64,000 bases of DNA from Diplonema japonicum (GCA_964019335.1 OZ025654.1:186001-250000); one strand, 5' to 3'. Shown: positions 1 through 10,778, counted from the stretch's first letter. Numbers and translations: made by a program. Notes: generated from the letters alone by a model not told the origin.

Positions 1-1862
1 CGTCGTCCTGTCAGATCGTTCACCTGCACGTCCACCTCACCGCACTGCACACCAATACGCACACGGAGCCCGTTCATCCCGTCCTCTTTGCTGCACCACG
101 GGAGGGCCAACAAAGCCGCGGGCCATGTCGAAGCGTGCAGCTCCTCCTGCACTGAGAGGGCGAACCGGAGCGCATCTACAGGCCTCTCGAAGGCCACCAT
201 GAAGGAGTCCCCGATCGTCTTCACCTCGTAGCCCCCGTACTGCACCAAGCATCTCCTGATGGCCTCGTTGTGGACCTGCAGCCCTTTCTTCATCCCGTCG
301 GGACACGCCTCCCACGTCGCGGTCGATGATTTGATGTCCGTGAAGACGATGGCGGCGGTCCCGTTCCCTTGGCCGGGTGCCTGCACCATCTGCGTGTTCC
401 CCGCGAACTCCCGGGAGTCGGACTGCAACAGCCCCATGAACAGGGCCTCGGGGATGTATGGTTTGTAGGTCTTTAGGATGCGTACGATCTTCACGAAGGA
501 GGCCTGCACAGCGGTCGGCTGCTCGATGTCCAGCAGGTAGTCCAGCTCGTCGAGTTCCATGCGCGCAACCTGCTCTGCCAGGTCCCCTGCAATGCGTGTC
601 GTGTTGTACATTTTCTTCAGCATTCTCGTCTGCGCCGTTGTTCTCCACATCACAGCGCTCGCAATGAGCACGAACAGCACGACGCCACCCACGGGGCCCA
701 GGATAAGAGGGAGTAAGTCCTTGCTCGTTGGGTCCGGGGTCTCGCAGGACACTCCTGACGACTCGGAGCACAGACAGTTCCCCAGCACGCACTGCCCTCT
801 CCCGCTGCAGTTCAATGGACACTCCTGCAATGAGAACACATACAGGTCCTCGTTGACGTAGGTTCCGTTGTTGTCCATTGTGCCCCCTACCACCACGAGG
901 AGGCCCTTGTACGTCAGCACGGCCATCTTGGACACGCCAGGGATCCACTCACCAGGGAGGTTCGTGCGGTTCACCCTCGACCATCTCTCCGGGGAGCTCA
1001 CGTTCAAAAGGGCGATGCCGTTGTTCGGGGCCAGCTCGCCTTTGCCCCCCACGTCGCCCATCAGCAGGATGATGTCGTTGCCGAGGTACGTCGCGTAGTG
1101 CTCTTCGCCAGCAAGGTCGGTGTTCACGAGCTGCCATGTGCTGTCGGGCTGCGAGGTGTCGAAGGAGAGGGTGTTGGGCTGCGCCACCTCGCCGTAGGTG
1201 ACGGTGCCGCCGATGACGAAGGCTTTGTTCCCGATGCCTGCGCCCCCGGGGTCCTCGATGCTGAGCATGGGCTCTACCCTTACCTCCCAGCTATCGGTGT
1301 TCTTGTTGTAGAGGTACCAGTTGGTCGACAACCGCACAGCGTTGCCCGCGACCACAATGAAGTCAGTAGTGTCGATCGGCACAAATTCGTTCGAGATTTC
1401 ATCATCCCCAGGAGCTAAAGGGTCCGTCCCCTTAGATGCGATCCGTGACCATGTCAAGGTGATCGTGTCGAACTTCCATGAAATATCCTCTTCGCCGCCT
1501 ATCAGGTAGACCAAAGAACGCGCCTCGTCGCAGAGCAGGAAGTGGCCCGCACGCTTGTTCGGGGCCGACGTGCTGTTCACCGTTACCACCGCCCACCGAA
1601 GGGTTTGCATGTTGAGCTGGTAGAAGGTGCCCCTCTTGTCCCCACTAAGGAGGTCTTCCCCACCGTGAAGGTACAAGGTGTCTCCTAGTATACATGTAGC
1701 GGGTTCTTGTACAGGCGGGACGTTCAGGTTCCCTGGGTCATTGAAGATCCCTTTCACCACACCCCACTGCACGCCGGGCTGGATAGCATCCTCTACCAGA
1801 CCGCCTGTTGCAGCGCAGATCATTGCGAGCAATGCGAGCAATTCATGATGATGACGGTTCAT
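1..1862 (-). CDS. Receptor-type adenylate cyclase: signal peptide, Kelch repeats, EGF-like domain, TM helix, class III cyclase (3' end outside window)
   Basis: Manual translation from ATG at 1862 (MNRHHHELLALLAMICAA) stays open to the window edge; absent from the ORF track because no stop is in the window. Kelch motifs LYLHGG, VYLIGG, FVIGG, VVVGG; EGF-like CPLNCSGRGQCVLGNCLC; TM LILGPVGGVVLFVLIASAVMW; cyclase motifs IVFTDIKSST, YEVKTIGDSFMVAF, GLRVRIGVQCG. Confidence 0.92.
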   Translation of the reverse strand, partial: MNRHHHELLALLAMICAATGGLVEDAIQPGVQWGVVKGIFNDPGNLNVPPVQEPATCILGDTLYLHGGEDLLSGDKRGTFYQLNMQTLRWAVVTVNSTSAPNKRAGHFLLCDEARSLVYLIGGEEDISWKFDTITLTWSRIASKGTDPLAPGDDEISNEFVPIDTTDFIVVAGNAVRLSTNWYLYNKNTDSWEVRVEPMLSIEDPGGAGIGNKAFVIGGTVTYGEVAQPNTLSFDTSQPDSTWQLVNTDLAGEEHYATYLGNDIILLMGDVGGKGELAPNNGIALLNVSSPERWSRVNRTNLPGEWIPGVSKMAVLTYKGLLVVVGGTMDNNGTYVNEDLYVFSLQECPLNCSGRGQCVLGNCLCSESSGVSCETPDPTSKDLLPLILGPVGGVVLFVLIASAVMWRTTAQTRMLKKMYNTTRIAGDLAEQVARMELDELDYLLDIEQPTAVQASFVKIVRILKTYKPYIPEALFMGLLQSDSREFAGNTQMVQAPGQGNGTAAIVFTDIKSSTATWEACPDGMKKGLQVHNEAIRRCLVQYGGYEVKTIGDSFMVAFERPVDALRFALSVQEELHASTWPAALLALPWCSKEDGMNGLRVRIGVQCGEVDVQVNDLTGR

Positions 1863-2048
1863 TGGTGCGTCGTCCTACCCCCTTTGCCTTGTATTATGTT
1901 GCGCTGTGAGGGAGGGAGGGGGGAGAAAAAAAAAGAATGACACGGAGCTAGCATTTGACGGGAACAAATCTTTTAACCTGATGACGCCACAATGCGTTTA
2001 TATGTGGGAGAACTCTTGTAGGGCTGCGCCCCCCCCATTCTCCCCCTT

Positions 2049-2155
2049 GGGCCTATGTTGGCAGGAAAACGCGTTTCAAGTTTTTTTTCGGGGGCAAATA
2101 TTTGAAAAATAAGAAAAACGGAAAACGTTTTCCCGTTTTCCTACCAACATAGCCC
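2049..2155. mobile_element. MITE family A, copy 1 (degenerate)
   Basis: Ends GGGCCTATGTTGGCAG / CTACCAACATAGCCC with internal GAAACGTTT and AAACGCGTTT motifs shared with four other copies. Confidence 0.7.
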
Positions 2156-2499
2156 CTTTTGGGATGGGACAAAACTGGACGAATTTGCGAACCTCGTTCG
2201 GCCATTCGTAGAAACAAGGGAACACGCATAGTGTAATAACGAATAAAAAAAAATATAAAAAAAATAAGAAGAAAAAGGAAAAAAGAATAAACGTCCCCTT
2301 CTTCCCGGTCCCTTTCCCTCCTGTTTGGAGGATAGGGAATAACGAAAAGGTGCCACCACTTCATATACGTGATATTTTTTTTTCCTTTTTTCTTTTTTTT
2401 TTGTAGTCATCAGGACTAAGAACTCAAAAAGTAAATAAAAACAGGGAGGGAAAAAAAAAAAAAAAAAGAAGAAGTCCCGGGTGAGGGGGAAGATAAATA

Positions 2500-2552
<53 letters not shown>

Positions 2553-3756
2553 TTAAAAAAAGAAGATAACAACAATGGGTTTCCCCTCCTTTTTCATTTC
2601 TTTTTTTTTTTCTTTCTTCCCTCGGGGTGCAGAAATCGCTACCCGAAACACCTCTTTTTTCTTTTTTTTTTTTTTTTTTTTCGTTATTACCAAACCAACT
2701 AATGCTAGTGCCGACACAGTGGAAAATAAAAATAAATAAAAAATAAACACTCGATCTTTTAACGTCAAGAAGGCGGCACAAGTCATACAGCATTCGGTAC
2801 GGCCACCACAGCCGGCTTCACAGTACGCTCATTGAGTACATGTGGCGGAAAATTATGTTGTCAAACAACACGTTTGGAGTGAGTTTCGTACCTGGAAAAG
2901 AAGAAGAGAAAAAAAAAAGAATGGAGAGAATGGAAGAAAAAAAAAGATTCAGTATGGGGGATGTCTAAGATTTCCCCCCCCCCCCGGTTTTTTTTTTCTC
3001 TTTTTTCTTTTTTTTCTTTCCCCCCCCCCTTCTTTTCTTCTCCTATTCTTTTTTTTTTTCTTCCTTGATGTCCAAATTAGTTGGTTTGCACGTTTTCTAT
3101 TTTTTTTTCTCATTATTTCTTACACACACCTCTGGCAAATTTCTTTAATCACACTTGAAACCCTGTGGGGGGTGGGGAATCCGGTATTCGCCCAAATCGG
3201 ACCCTTGAAGGGAGTCTTGTTTTTAGGGTACTACCTCCTCATTGCAACCATAACTAACACCAGGCAGGTTGCTGGTCAGGGCTCCAACCCCGGGTTTAAG
3301 TATGATTATTATTCTTTTTTTTCCTTCTCCGAACACGGTGTGCTGGGGGGAGCGGAGGGTAATATTTTCTTCGTTTCTTTCTTTTTTTTTTTTTTTTTTT
3401 TTTCCCGAACGTTCAACTTAATATAAAAAAAAATTGGGAGAACAAAAAAAAAATATTTAAAATATGACATGCATCGCAAGGACACAAGGTTAAGTTGCAA
3501 ATACAAAGACATCCCTCTTATGCTTTTGGTCACTTTCGTCAGGGCAACTCGGAGAGTGTCCCTTTTCAAGGAAAGGGATGGGGGGGGGGATCTTTCCTTT
3601 CTCGTCAGTGATAAGCTGGAGGGTGTCCTAAAGAGTTGCAAAACGTGAAATGGGAGAGGGGGGGGGGGGGGGGGGGTGAGATACACAATCCACATTTTCT
3701 CACCACTAGAAGGTGGCACAGTTTGTTTGATACAACAAGTATAGGGAAGGGGGCGC

Positions 3757-3911
3757 GGCTATGCTGGCAAGAAGCGGGGATACGTTTCCTTTTCCGTTTC
3801 CTTATTTTTCAGATACTTAAGGAAACAGCCAACCTAAGGAAACGTTTCCGTTTCCTTATTTCAAAAAAAAAAAAAAAGCTTGGAAACGCGTTTCTTTGCC
3901 AACTAGCCCTG
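3757..3911. mobile_element. MITE family A, copy 2
   Basis: GGCTATGCTGGCAAG ... TTGCCAACTAGCCCTG; body reversed relative to copies 3 and 4. Confidence 0.75.
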
Positions 3912-5127
3912 GGAGGGAGGGGGGGAGAACCATTTTTCTGCTGAAAGAGATGGTGGGGTACGGAATAAAAAGAAACATTCGGCAATCGCAAACCTAGTGT
4001 ATCGGCAAGTAATACCCTCCGCTTTCAGAACACAAATAGAGTGGGGACACTTTCCCCCTCCCCCCTTTTTTCCCTTTTGCCTCGCCACTATAGTTGAAAA
4101 CAATTAACCATGTTATTTTTACTCCGTTTTTTTATTTAAATCTCTTCTCTTTTTTTCATTTCTGACGACATCAAAATTAAAAAAAAAGTCGGAGGATAGG
4201 GAATTTTAACGCTGCAAGGTAAATGGCAGGAAGAAGAAAGAAGAGAAGAGAAAAAAAAAGGGGATGGACGGGAGACCCCCCCCTTTTTTTTCTCATTCTC
4301 TCTTTCATATTCTTTATTCATAAAAAACTTTTGAAACAGAAGGAGAGAGAAAAAAATACAGATAATAGAAAAGAGGGGGGGGGGGGGGGGTAGTAAGCCT
4401 CTTAATTGATTTGTCAGTAGAGACATTCTCCTCCTCTGACCCAGGGGAAGCTGGCCCTGGCTCGTAAGGCCTTCCATGGACTGACAAAAGTTCGCGTTGA
4501 AAAAGAGAAGAAAAAGAAGAAATAGTTTTTTACCCGTGCTTGATTTGCAAATTAGATAATTCTTTAAATAACAAAATAACCTGCCGAAGACTGATAGGGA
4601 GCGAAAACTTTATTTTCAGCAATGAGTTCTACACCTTGATAATTTGCCAAGAAAAACAAAACAAAACAAAACAAATAGGACAACTACTGTAAAAAGTCTA
4701 ATTACGGGAGGGGGGAAGGGGGATCAAAAGAGAGAACCGGAAACGTTTTCTTCTTTTCTTTCTTTTTTTTTTCTTTTTTAAAAAAATGATAATTTCCTTT
4801 TTTTTTTTAAGTCGTTTCGTTTCACAATTTGGAACAGGGAAGAAAGAAAGAAAAAAAAGGGAAGAAAAAAAAAAAAAAAAAAAAAAGAGGGCTCTTGCCA
4901 GAAGTTAAAGAAAAAAACTTGGAAAAAAAAAACTGATTAAATTTTTCTCTCCCCTCGAAGCCATCTTTTATTAAAAGGTAAGGGTTAGCCGATTCAGCCA
5001 AAAAGCAAGGGAAGGGGGTGGTGGGATTGTTGGTAAATAACAAGTCCTTAACTTGTTAAGAAAATACTTTTTTTTTTCTCCCCCGCAAGGGAGGAGGGGT
5101 AAAATCTGGAGAAGCTTGTAAACCCGA

Positions 5128-5190
5128 AACACGTTGCCAAAGTTCCCCTTTTGTTTTAGACAAGTCAAAGACTCGTTCTTGCAAAAAAAA
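5128..5190. repeat. Dispersed repeat, second copy at about 62427-62490
   Basis: CACGTTGCCAAAGTTCCCCTTTTGTTTTAGACAAGTCAAAGACTCGTTCTTGCA vs CACGTTGACAACGTCCCCTTTTTGTTTAGACAAGTCAAGGACTCGTTCTTGCA. Confidence 0.7.
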
Positions 5191-5340
5191 GGGGGGGGTG
5201 TCACACGAAAACAATGTCCCAGATGCCCCGCAGTTTGCCTACGAACAGTGCAAGCCGTGGAGAATGCACACCGTGAAGAATACCATTCAACAAGAAGGAT
5301 GGAGCAATACATAAAGTACAAAGAAAAAAAAGGGAGGGGG

Positions 5341-5536
5341 GGGCTATGCTGGCAAGCACTTTCAAGTACTTTTTTTAAAAATAAGGAAAACGGAAACGTT
5401 TCCTTACTGTGGGGCCGCTCTCCTTTAAGAAGGGAACACGTTTTTCTCTGAAAAGGAAACGCGTTTCCTTAAGTATCTGAAAAATAAGGAAACGGATATG
5501 GAAACGTTTTCCCCGTTTCTTGCCAGCATAGCCCTG
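5341..5536. mobile_element. MITE family A, copy 3 (hAT-like termini)
   Basis: Perfect 16-bp TIR GGGCTATGCTGGCAAG / CTTGCCAGCATAGCCC. Copies end in CCCTG or CCCTA as many hAT elements do, but no TSD resolved. Confidence 0.8.
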
Positions 5537-5906
5537 GGGGAGGGGGGATAAAGAGTTGAATCTCACATTAGGTTTCATTTTTTTCTCTTTTTTTTTTTTT
5601 TCCTTCTTTTCTTTCTGCTTATTCGTTCTGAATGAAATACAAATAAAGAAAGAAGTACCAAAAAGGGGGGGTGGGGAAAAAAAAGGATATGAGATTTGGT
5701 GGAAGAAAAAACAAGAAGAACACTGCAAAAGAAATCGAGAAAACAACATTTCACCCGAAATAATACTTCCCCCCCCCCCCCCCTTTCTTTCCTTCTTTAT
5801 CTTTCTCCAGGTGATTTGATCCTCTTTAATCTTACAGCTCTTCCATGTTAAGACGCGGTCTCCGTGCATTGCACCCCACCAAGAGGTTAAGAATAGAATA
5901 TGATCA

Positions 5907-8900
5907 TCATACTTTGACAACACAGCTTCTCCGCAAAGGGTTTGTAGAATGAGATGCAAACGACTGCTGAGACTGCGAAAGCTCGAGCTGCCCCCCTACA
6001 TTATGCCTCTTTGGGCTTCTTGGCGTAAAGCCTTGAAGCCGACTTCTGCCCCTTGTCACATTAGCTAAAGAAGCAGGAGAGAGGGAAAGCGACCCCTTCA
6101 CGACACCAGACTTATAAGAAGCATCCGGACCACTCACAATGCTAGCAGGCGAGCAAGGCTGCGAACTAGTAATGCTAGCGGACCTAACAGACCGTGAAGT
6201 ACAGGGTGCCTCATACAGGGTAAGAGGAACTGCTGCAGTCTCATTGTTGTCATGGCGATCCCAAAAGGCTTGTTGAAGTTTTCCACGCCTGCCCCTCCAG
6301 AGGACGTAGATCTCGCAGAAGATGTCAAGAAGAGCCTTCCCGAGAAGGAGGAGGAGAGCGGCGAAGAAGATGCTTGAGGCGACCCCGAACTTCGCGTCCC
6401 ACGGGTCCTCCGTGTAGTACCCGAGGCACTGGAAGACCAGCGCCGTCGCCGTGAAGAGGTGGAAGCAGGTGTAGAAGGCAACGTCCCTCAGCCGTGCGTA
6501 CGGCCGTGTTATGACGTCGACCACTGCCACTGCCCCGAACACCACCGCGAGCCCCAGCTTCACGTTCCCGCACTCCCTCATCGTCGACATCGCCGGAACG
6601 TTCAGAGCCGACACCGTGAACTGCAGCAGGAAGGAGAAGACCACGAACCAGCAGCACCTCTCCCTGTAAGGCTTGACCATGCTCGTGAAGCGGTTGTACC
6701 ATAGGTCTTCCTTCCTCCTCGAGATCCACTCCCCCTTTCCGAGCATGAAGCGCCGGGTATCCGAGCACCCCTTCTCCTCCTCGTACAGGGCCTTCTTCGG
6801 GACGTCGCGTCGCACCACCATCCCAGTCAGGCAAGGGACCACGATGCACCCCATCGTGCACACCAGACCAATCACCACAGTGGGCGCCGTCCCCCATTCC
6901 CTCGACCCGTCCGTCCCAGGGTAGAACAGGATCTTCAAAGAGGCGAAGGTGGTTCCTTGATACAGCAGCAGGAAGATGAACAGGGAGACAGACGGGAACC
7001 GCGTCACCCCCATCGCCGAGAGGAGGGAGGTCATCGGGAGCAGCGACGGTGCCATCTTCAACACGAGCCACACAACCAGGTAGGTCGCGAGGGCAGCTGC
7101 CCCGGCGATCAGCGTGTTCCCCAACACTGCTCCGAGGTACTTCGAGCCTGCCACCGTCATCCCTGTCGGGTGCAGCATGAAGGGCAGGGACTTCTCTCCA
7201 AAGCACTGGTCCGACATCACAAGCGACAGCATCGTCATCGAGCCCGCCGCAGAGGTTCCCGACAGGACAGCCAGGACACCCGTCACAGAGCCGAGCGTCG
7301 GCATCTTCACCTGCGGCTCCGACACCACCCGCACCACGCACGAGGTTGCGATACCTCCGACTTTCACCTCCACCTTCAGGTCAGCCGAGCCCAACCCTTT
7401 CCACTTTCCCTTCCCCACCGCGCTGAGCTCCGTCCCTGACACAGGCTCCCCACTGCCCCACTTCATCTCGCCCAGCTTGTCCCCGTTCTCCACCACCTCC
7501 ACCCCCATGTCAGAGGGCAAGATCTTCCACGTTGAGGTGACCTTTACCGTCACGCCTTGTTGCTTCAGGTCTTCCGCCTTCACACTCTGGGGACAAACCG
7601 CACTCAAGTAACGGCCGGGGGCCAGCGTCGACGGAGAGAAGGTCTCGGGGGTGTTCGTTTGGGGTGCCCCTGTGTCGGGAGCAGCGGACAGCGGGACACC
7701 GGTATCAGGGACCCCGGTCACAAACACAGGGGGCGTCAGCGTCGCAGGTGAGAAGGTGGCCGTTGGAACAAGCGTGACGGGTATCAGGGTGGCAGGTGGG
7801 CTCGTGGCTGGTGCCACCGTCGGCTCCGCGGTCATCGGAATGAACGTGTACACAGGCACAGGTGCGCCCGTCGGCTGTGCCGTGGTTTTCGGGGCAAAGG
7901 TGGGCGGGGCTTGCGAGGGGACAGAGGTGGGTTGCGCCGTCGGTGTTTTCGGAGCCAGCGTCGGAGGGGCCGGGGTGGGAACTGCGGTCGGCTGCTGCGT
8001 CGTCGGAGGGGCTACTGTGGGCAAGGCCGTCACGGGCTGCAAGGTCGGGGCTGCAGTGGGCGGGGCGTCGGTTGGTGTTGCGGTGGGAGAGGTAGTCGGC
8101 ATTGAGGTCGCTCCAGGTAGAGCTGTTGTTGTTGGGGTGCCGGTTGCAGGGGCCCCAGTGGGGTTTGCCGTCGGAACCAAAGTAGGAGGGGCCCCGGTGG
8201 GGAGGGCCGTTGGCACCAGGGTAGGGGGTGCCGCTGTGGGAAGAGCTGTTGGAGCCGAAGTAGGTGGGGCCACAGTGGGAAGGGCCGTCGGAACCGAAGT
8301 TGGAGGAGCCACAGTGGGGTTTGCAGTTGGAACCAGAGTAGGAGGAGCCCCGGTGGGAAGGGCCGTCGGCACCACAGTCGGAGGTGCCACAGTTGGCACT
8401 GCGGTAGGTGTGACAGTAGTGCCGGGCACAGCTGTTGGGATGTCGGTCGGAACCAGAGTAGGAGGAGCCCCAGTGGGAATGGCTGTAGGTGCTGAAGTAG
8501 GAGGGGCTCCAGTGGGGTTTGCAGTCGGGGCCTGAGTGGGGGGCGCCGCTGTTGGAACTGCGGTTGGGACTGTCGTAGGGGGCGCAGCTGTTGGAATCGC
8601 AGTTGGTGCTATTGTGGGAGGGGCCGCTGTTGGGACAGCGGTTGGCACAATTGTAGGGGGCGCCACTGTCGGAATTGCAGTTGGTGTGATGGTTGGAGGG
8701 GCCGCTGTTGGAATTGCGGTTGGTACAATTGTAGGGGGTGCTCCTGTCGGAATTGCGGTTGGCACAATTGTAGGGGGTGCCCCTGTGGGGACCGCAGTTG
8801 GTACAACTGTTGGAGGGGCCGCTGTTGGAATTGCGGTTGGTACAATTGTAGGGGGTGCAACAGTTGGAATTGCGGTTGGCACAATTGTTGGAGGAGCACC

Positions 8901-10778
8901 GGTGGGAAGAGCCGTCGGCACCACAGTCGGAGGTGCAACAGTTGGCACTGCGGTAGGTGTGACAGTAGTGCCAGGCACAGCTGTTGGGATGTCGGTCGGG
9001 ACTAAAGTAGGAGGAGCCCCAGTGGGATTTGCAGTAGGGACCTGAGTGGGGGGTGCCCCTGTTGGAACCGCAGTTGGTGTGATGGTAGGAGGTGCTGCTG
9101 TCGGAATTGCAGTTGGAACCATCGTGGGAGGTGCTCCTGTTGGAATTGCAGTTGGTACAATTGTGGGGGGTGCCACCGTTGGAACCGCAGTTGGAACTAT
9201 GGTAGGAGGTGCCGCTGTGGGGACCGCAGTTGGTACTACTGTTGGGGGTGCCCCTGTTGGAATTGCGGTTGGTACAATAGTTGCAGGTGCTCCTGTGGGA
9301 ACTGCAGTTGGAACTATCGTAGGAGGTGCAGCAGTTGGAATTGCGGTAGGCACAATTGTAGGGGGTGCCCCTGTGGGAACCGCAGTTGGAACTATCGTAG
9401 GAGGTGCAGCAGTTGGAATTGCAGTTGGTACAATTGTAGGGGGTACTCCTGTGGGAACTGCAGTTGGTACAATTGTTGGCGGCGCTCCTGTTGGAATAGC
9501 AGTTGGAACTATGGTAGGAGGTGCCGCAGTTGGAATTGCAGTTGGTACAATAGTAAGGGGCGCCCCTGTGGGAACCGCAGTTGGTACAATTGTAGGGGGT
9601 GCTCCTGTTGGAATTGCGGTTGGTACAATAGTTGGTGGCGCTCCTGTGGGAACCGCAGTTGGAACTATGGTAGGAGGTGCCGCAGTTGGAATTGCGGTTG
9701 GTACAATAGTAGGGGGCGCCCCTGTGGGAACCGCAGTTGGCACAATTGTAGGGGGTGTTCCTGTTGGAATTGCGGTAGGCACAATTGTAGGGGGTGCTCC
9801 TGTGGGAACTGCAGTTGGTACAATTGTTGGCGGCGCTCCTGTTGGAATAGCAGTTGGAACTATAGTAGGAGGTGCTGCTGTTGGAATTGCAGTTGGTACA
9901 ATAGTAAGGGGCGCCCCTGTTGGAACCGCAGTTGGCACAATTGTCGGGGGTGCTCCTGTTGGAATTGCAGTTGGAACTATCGTAGGAGGTGCCGCAGTTG
10001 GAATTGCGGTTGGCACAATTGTAGGGGGTGCCACCGTGGGTATCGCAGTTGGTACAATTGTAGGGGGTGCTCCTGTTGGAATTGCAGTAGGCACAATTGT
10101 AGGGGGTGCTCCTGTGGGAACTGCAGTTGGTACAATTGTTGGCGGCGCTCCTGTGGGAACCGCAGTTGGAACTATAGTAGGAGGTGCTACTGTTGGAATT
10201 GCGGTTGGCACTATTGTAGGGGGTGCCACCGTGGGTATCGCAGTTGGAACAACTGTGGGAGGTGCCGCTGTGGGAACCGCAGTCTCCGGTGTCCACTCCC
10301 AGTAGATGGTGACCTCGAGGACGGCCCACCTCATACTAAAGATGTTATTGTCTTCGAATGTCCCTGACACAGTGAGAGGCGAGCTGCTGCCACAGGTAAG
10401 AAGCGAGGGAAGGGCACAGGTTGCGGAGGTACAGGCAGACGATTCACCACACCTAAGATAGTAGTTCTCTCTACATTTGCAGCCGAAAAGACTGGAATCC
10501 CTGCACTTCTCGGTGAACGACGACCCACACCAGCTAACCTTCCAATCTGCATCGGAAGCAGCGGATGTTGAAGACCATCCGAAGAGTCCCTTCTGCTCTC
10601 TGTCCACGTTGTGAATCTCTATTTTTGTGACCTGTATACTCCCCGCCTCGTGGGGAGACGGATTCATTGTGAAAGTGCAAGCATCGCCCTCCTTGATGTT
10701 ATAACACGAGTGGCTGTACTGCCGTGCGACGCCATGTACTGTGCTTGCAAACAAGAGGAGCGCGCACACCCCTCTCAT
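5907..10778 (-). CDS. Large surface protein: signal peptide, Cys-rich N domain, long Pro/Thr repeat stalk, 7-8 TM C-terminal domain (bodonin/DGF-1-like architecture)
   Basis: ORF 5907..10865; likely start MRGVCALLLF at 10778 after a polypyrimidine-AG. Family motifs LPFMLHPT, GAVLGN, RFPS..LYQG, GKGEW, PYRERCCWF. Confidence 0.88.
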   Translation of the reverse strand: MRGVCALLLFASTVHGVARQYSHSCYNIKEGDACTFTMNPSPHEAGSIQVTKIEIHNVDREQKGLFGWSSTSAASDADWKVSWCGSSFTEKCRDSSLFGCKCRENYYLRCGESSACTSATCALPSLLTCGSSSPLTVSGTFEDNNIFSMRWAVLEVTIYWEWTPETAVPTAAPPTVVPTAIPTVAPPTIVPTAIPTVAPPTIVPTAVPTGAPPTIVPTAVPTGAPPTIVPTAIPTGAPPTIVPTAIPTVAPPTIVPTAIPTAAPPTIVPTAIPTGAPPTIVPTAVPTGAPLTIVPTAIPTAAPPTIVPTAIPTGAPPTIVPTAVPTGAPPTIVPTAIPTGTPPTIVPTAVPTGAPPTIVPTAIPTAAPPTIVPTAVPTGAPPTIVPTAIPTGAPPTIVPTAVPTGAPLTIVPTAIPTAAPPTIVPTAIPTGAPPTIVPTAVPTGVPPTIVPTAIPTAAPPTIVPTAVPTGAPPTIVPTAIPTAAPPTIVPTAVPTGAPATIVPTAIPTGAPPTVVPTAVPTAAPPTIVPTAVPTVAPPTIVPTAIPTGAPPTMVPTAIPTAAPPTITPTAVPTGAPPTQVPTANPTGAPPTLVPTDIPTAVPGTTVTPTAVPTVAPPTVVPTALPTGAPPTIVPTAIPTVAPPTIVPTAIPTAAPPTVVPTAVPTGAPPTIVPTAIPTGAPPTIVPTAIPTAAPPTITPTAIPTVAPPTIVPTAVPTAAPPTIAPTAIPTAAPPTTVPTAVPTAAPPTQAPTANPTGAPPTSAPTAIPTGAPPTLVPTDIPTAVPGTTVTPTAVPTVAPPTVVPTALPTGAPPTLVPTANPTVAPPTSVPTALPTVAPPTSAPTALPTAAPPTLVPTALPTGAPPTLVPTANPTGAPATGTPTTTALPGATSMPTTSPTATPTDAPPTAAPTLQPVTALPTVAPPTTQQPTAVPTPAPPTLAPKTPTAQPTSVPSQAPPTFAPKTTAQPTGAPVPVYTFIPMTAEPTVAPATSPPATLIPVTLVPTATFSPATLTPPVFVTGVPDTGVPLSAAPDTGAPQTNTPETFSPSTLAPGRYLSAVCPQSVKAEDLKQQGVTVKVTSTWKILPSDMGVEVVENGDKLGEMKWGSGEPVSGTELSAVGKGKWKGLGSADLKVEVKVGGIATSCVVRVVSEPQVKMPTLGSVTGVLAVLSGTSAAGSMTMLSLVMSDQCFGEKSLPFMLHPTGMTVAGSKYLGAVLGNTLIAGAAALATYLVVWLVLKMAPSLLPMTSLLSAMGVTRFPSVSLFIFLLLYQGTTFASLKILFYPGTDGSREWGTAPTVVIGLVCTMGCIVVPCLTGMVVRRDVPKKALYEEEKGCSDTRRFMLGKGEWISRRKEDLWYNRFTSMVKPYRERCCWFVVFSFLLQFTVSALNVPAMSTMRECGNVKLGLAVVFGAVAVVDVITRPYARLRDVAFYTCFHLFTATALVFQCLGYYTEDPWDAKFGVASSIFFAALLLLLGKALLDIFCEIYVLWRGRRGKLQQAFWDRHDNNETAAVPLTLYEAPCTSRSVRSASITSSQPCSPASIVSGPDASYKSGVVKGSLSLSPASLANVTRGRSRLQGFTPRSPKRHNVGGQLELSQSQQSFASHSTNPLRRSCVVKV
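8140..10285 (-). repeat. Coding minisatellite, 39-bp unit (PTA[VI]PT[GAV]APPTIV), roughly 50 copies
   Basis: Visible in DNA and protein; includes a higher-order duplicated block containing PTDIPTAVPGTTVT at about 8340-8540 and 8880-9060. Confidence 0.95.

Noticed and set aside
37-948. 303-aa minus-strand ORF in the track
   Set aside because: Off-frame overlap of the adenylate cyclase, which holds all the recognisable motifs.
1900-5900. Short F/K/P/G-rich ORFs in spacers (also 52-58.9 kb and 62-64 kb)
   Set aside because: Translations of homopolymer tracts and MITEs.
8140-10285. CRISPR-like array
   Set aside because: Contiguous in-frame coding repeats with no unique spacers and no cas genes; eukaryotic context.
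7114-10305. Long plus-strand Gly/Val/Ala ORFs (also 23428-23937, 28944-30149, 42497-43495, 59255-60646) and alternate-frame ORF 7705-10329
   Set aside because: Antisense or off-frame shadows of Pro/Thr repeats and of real CDSs.
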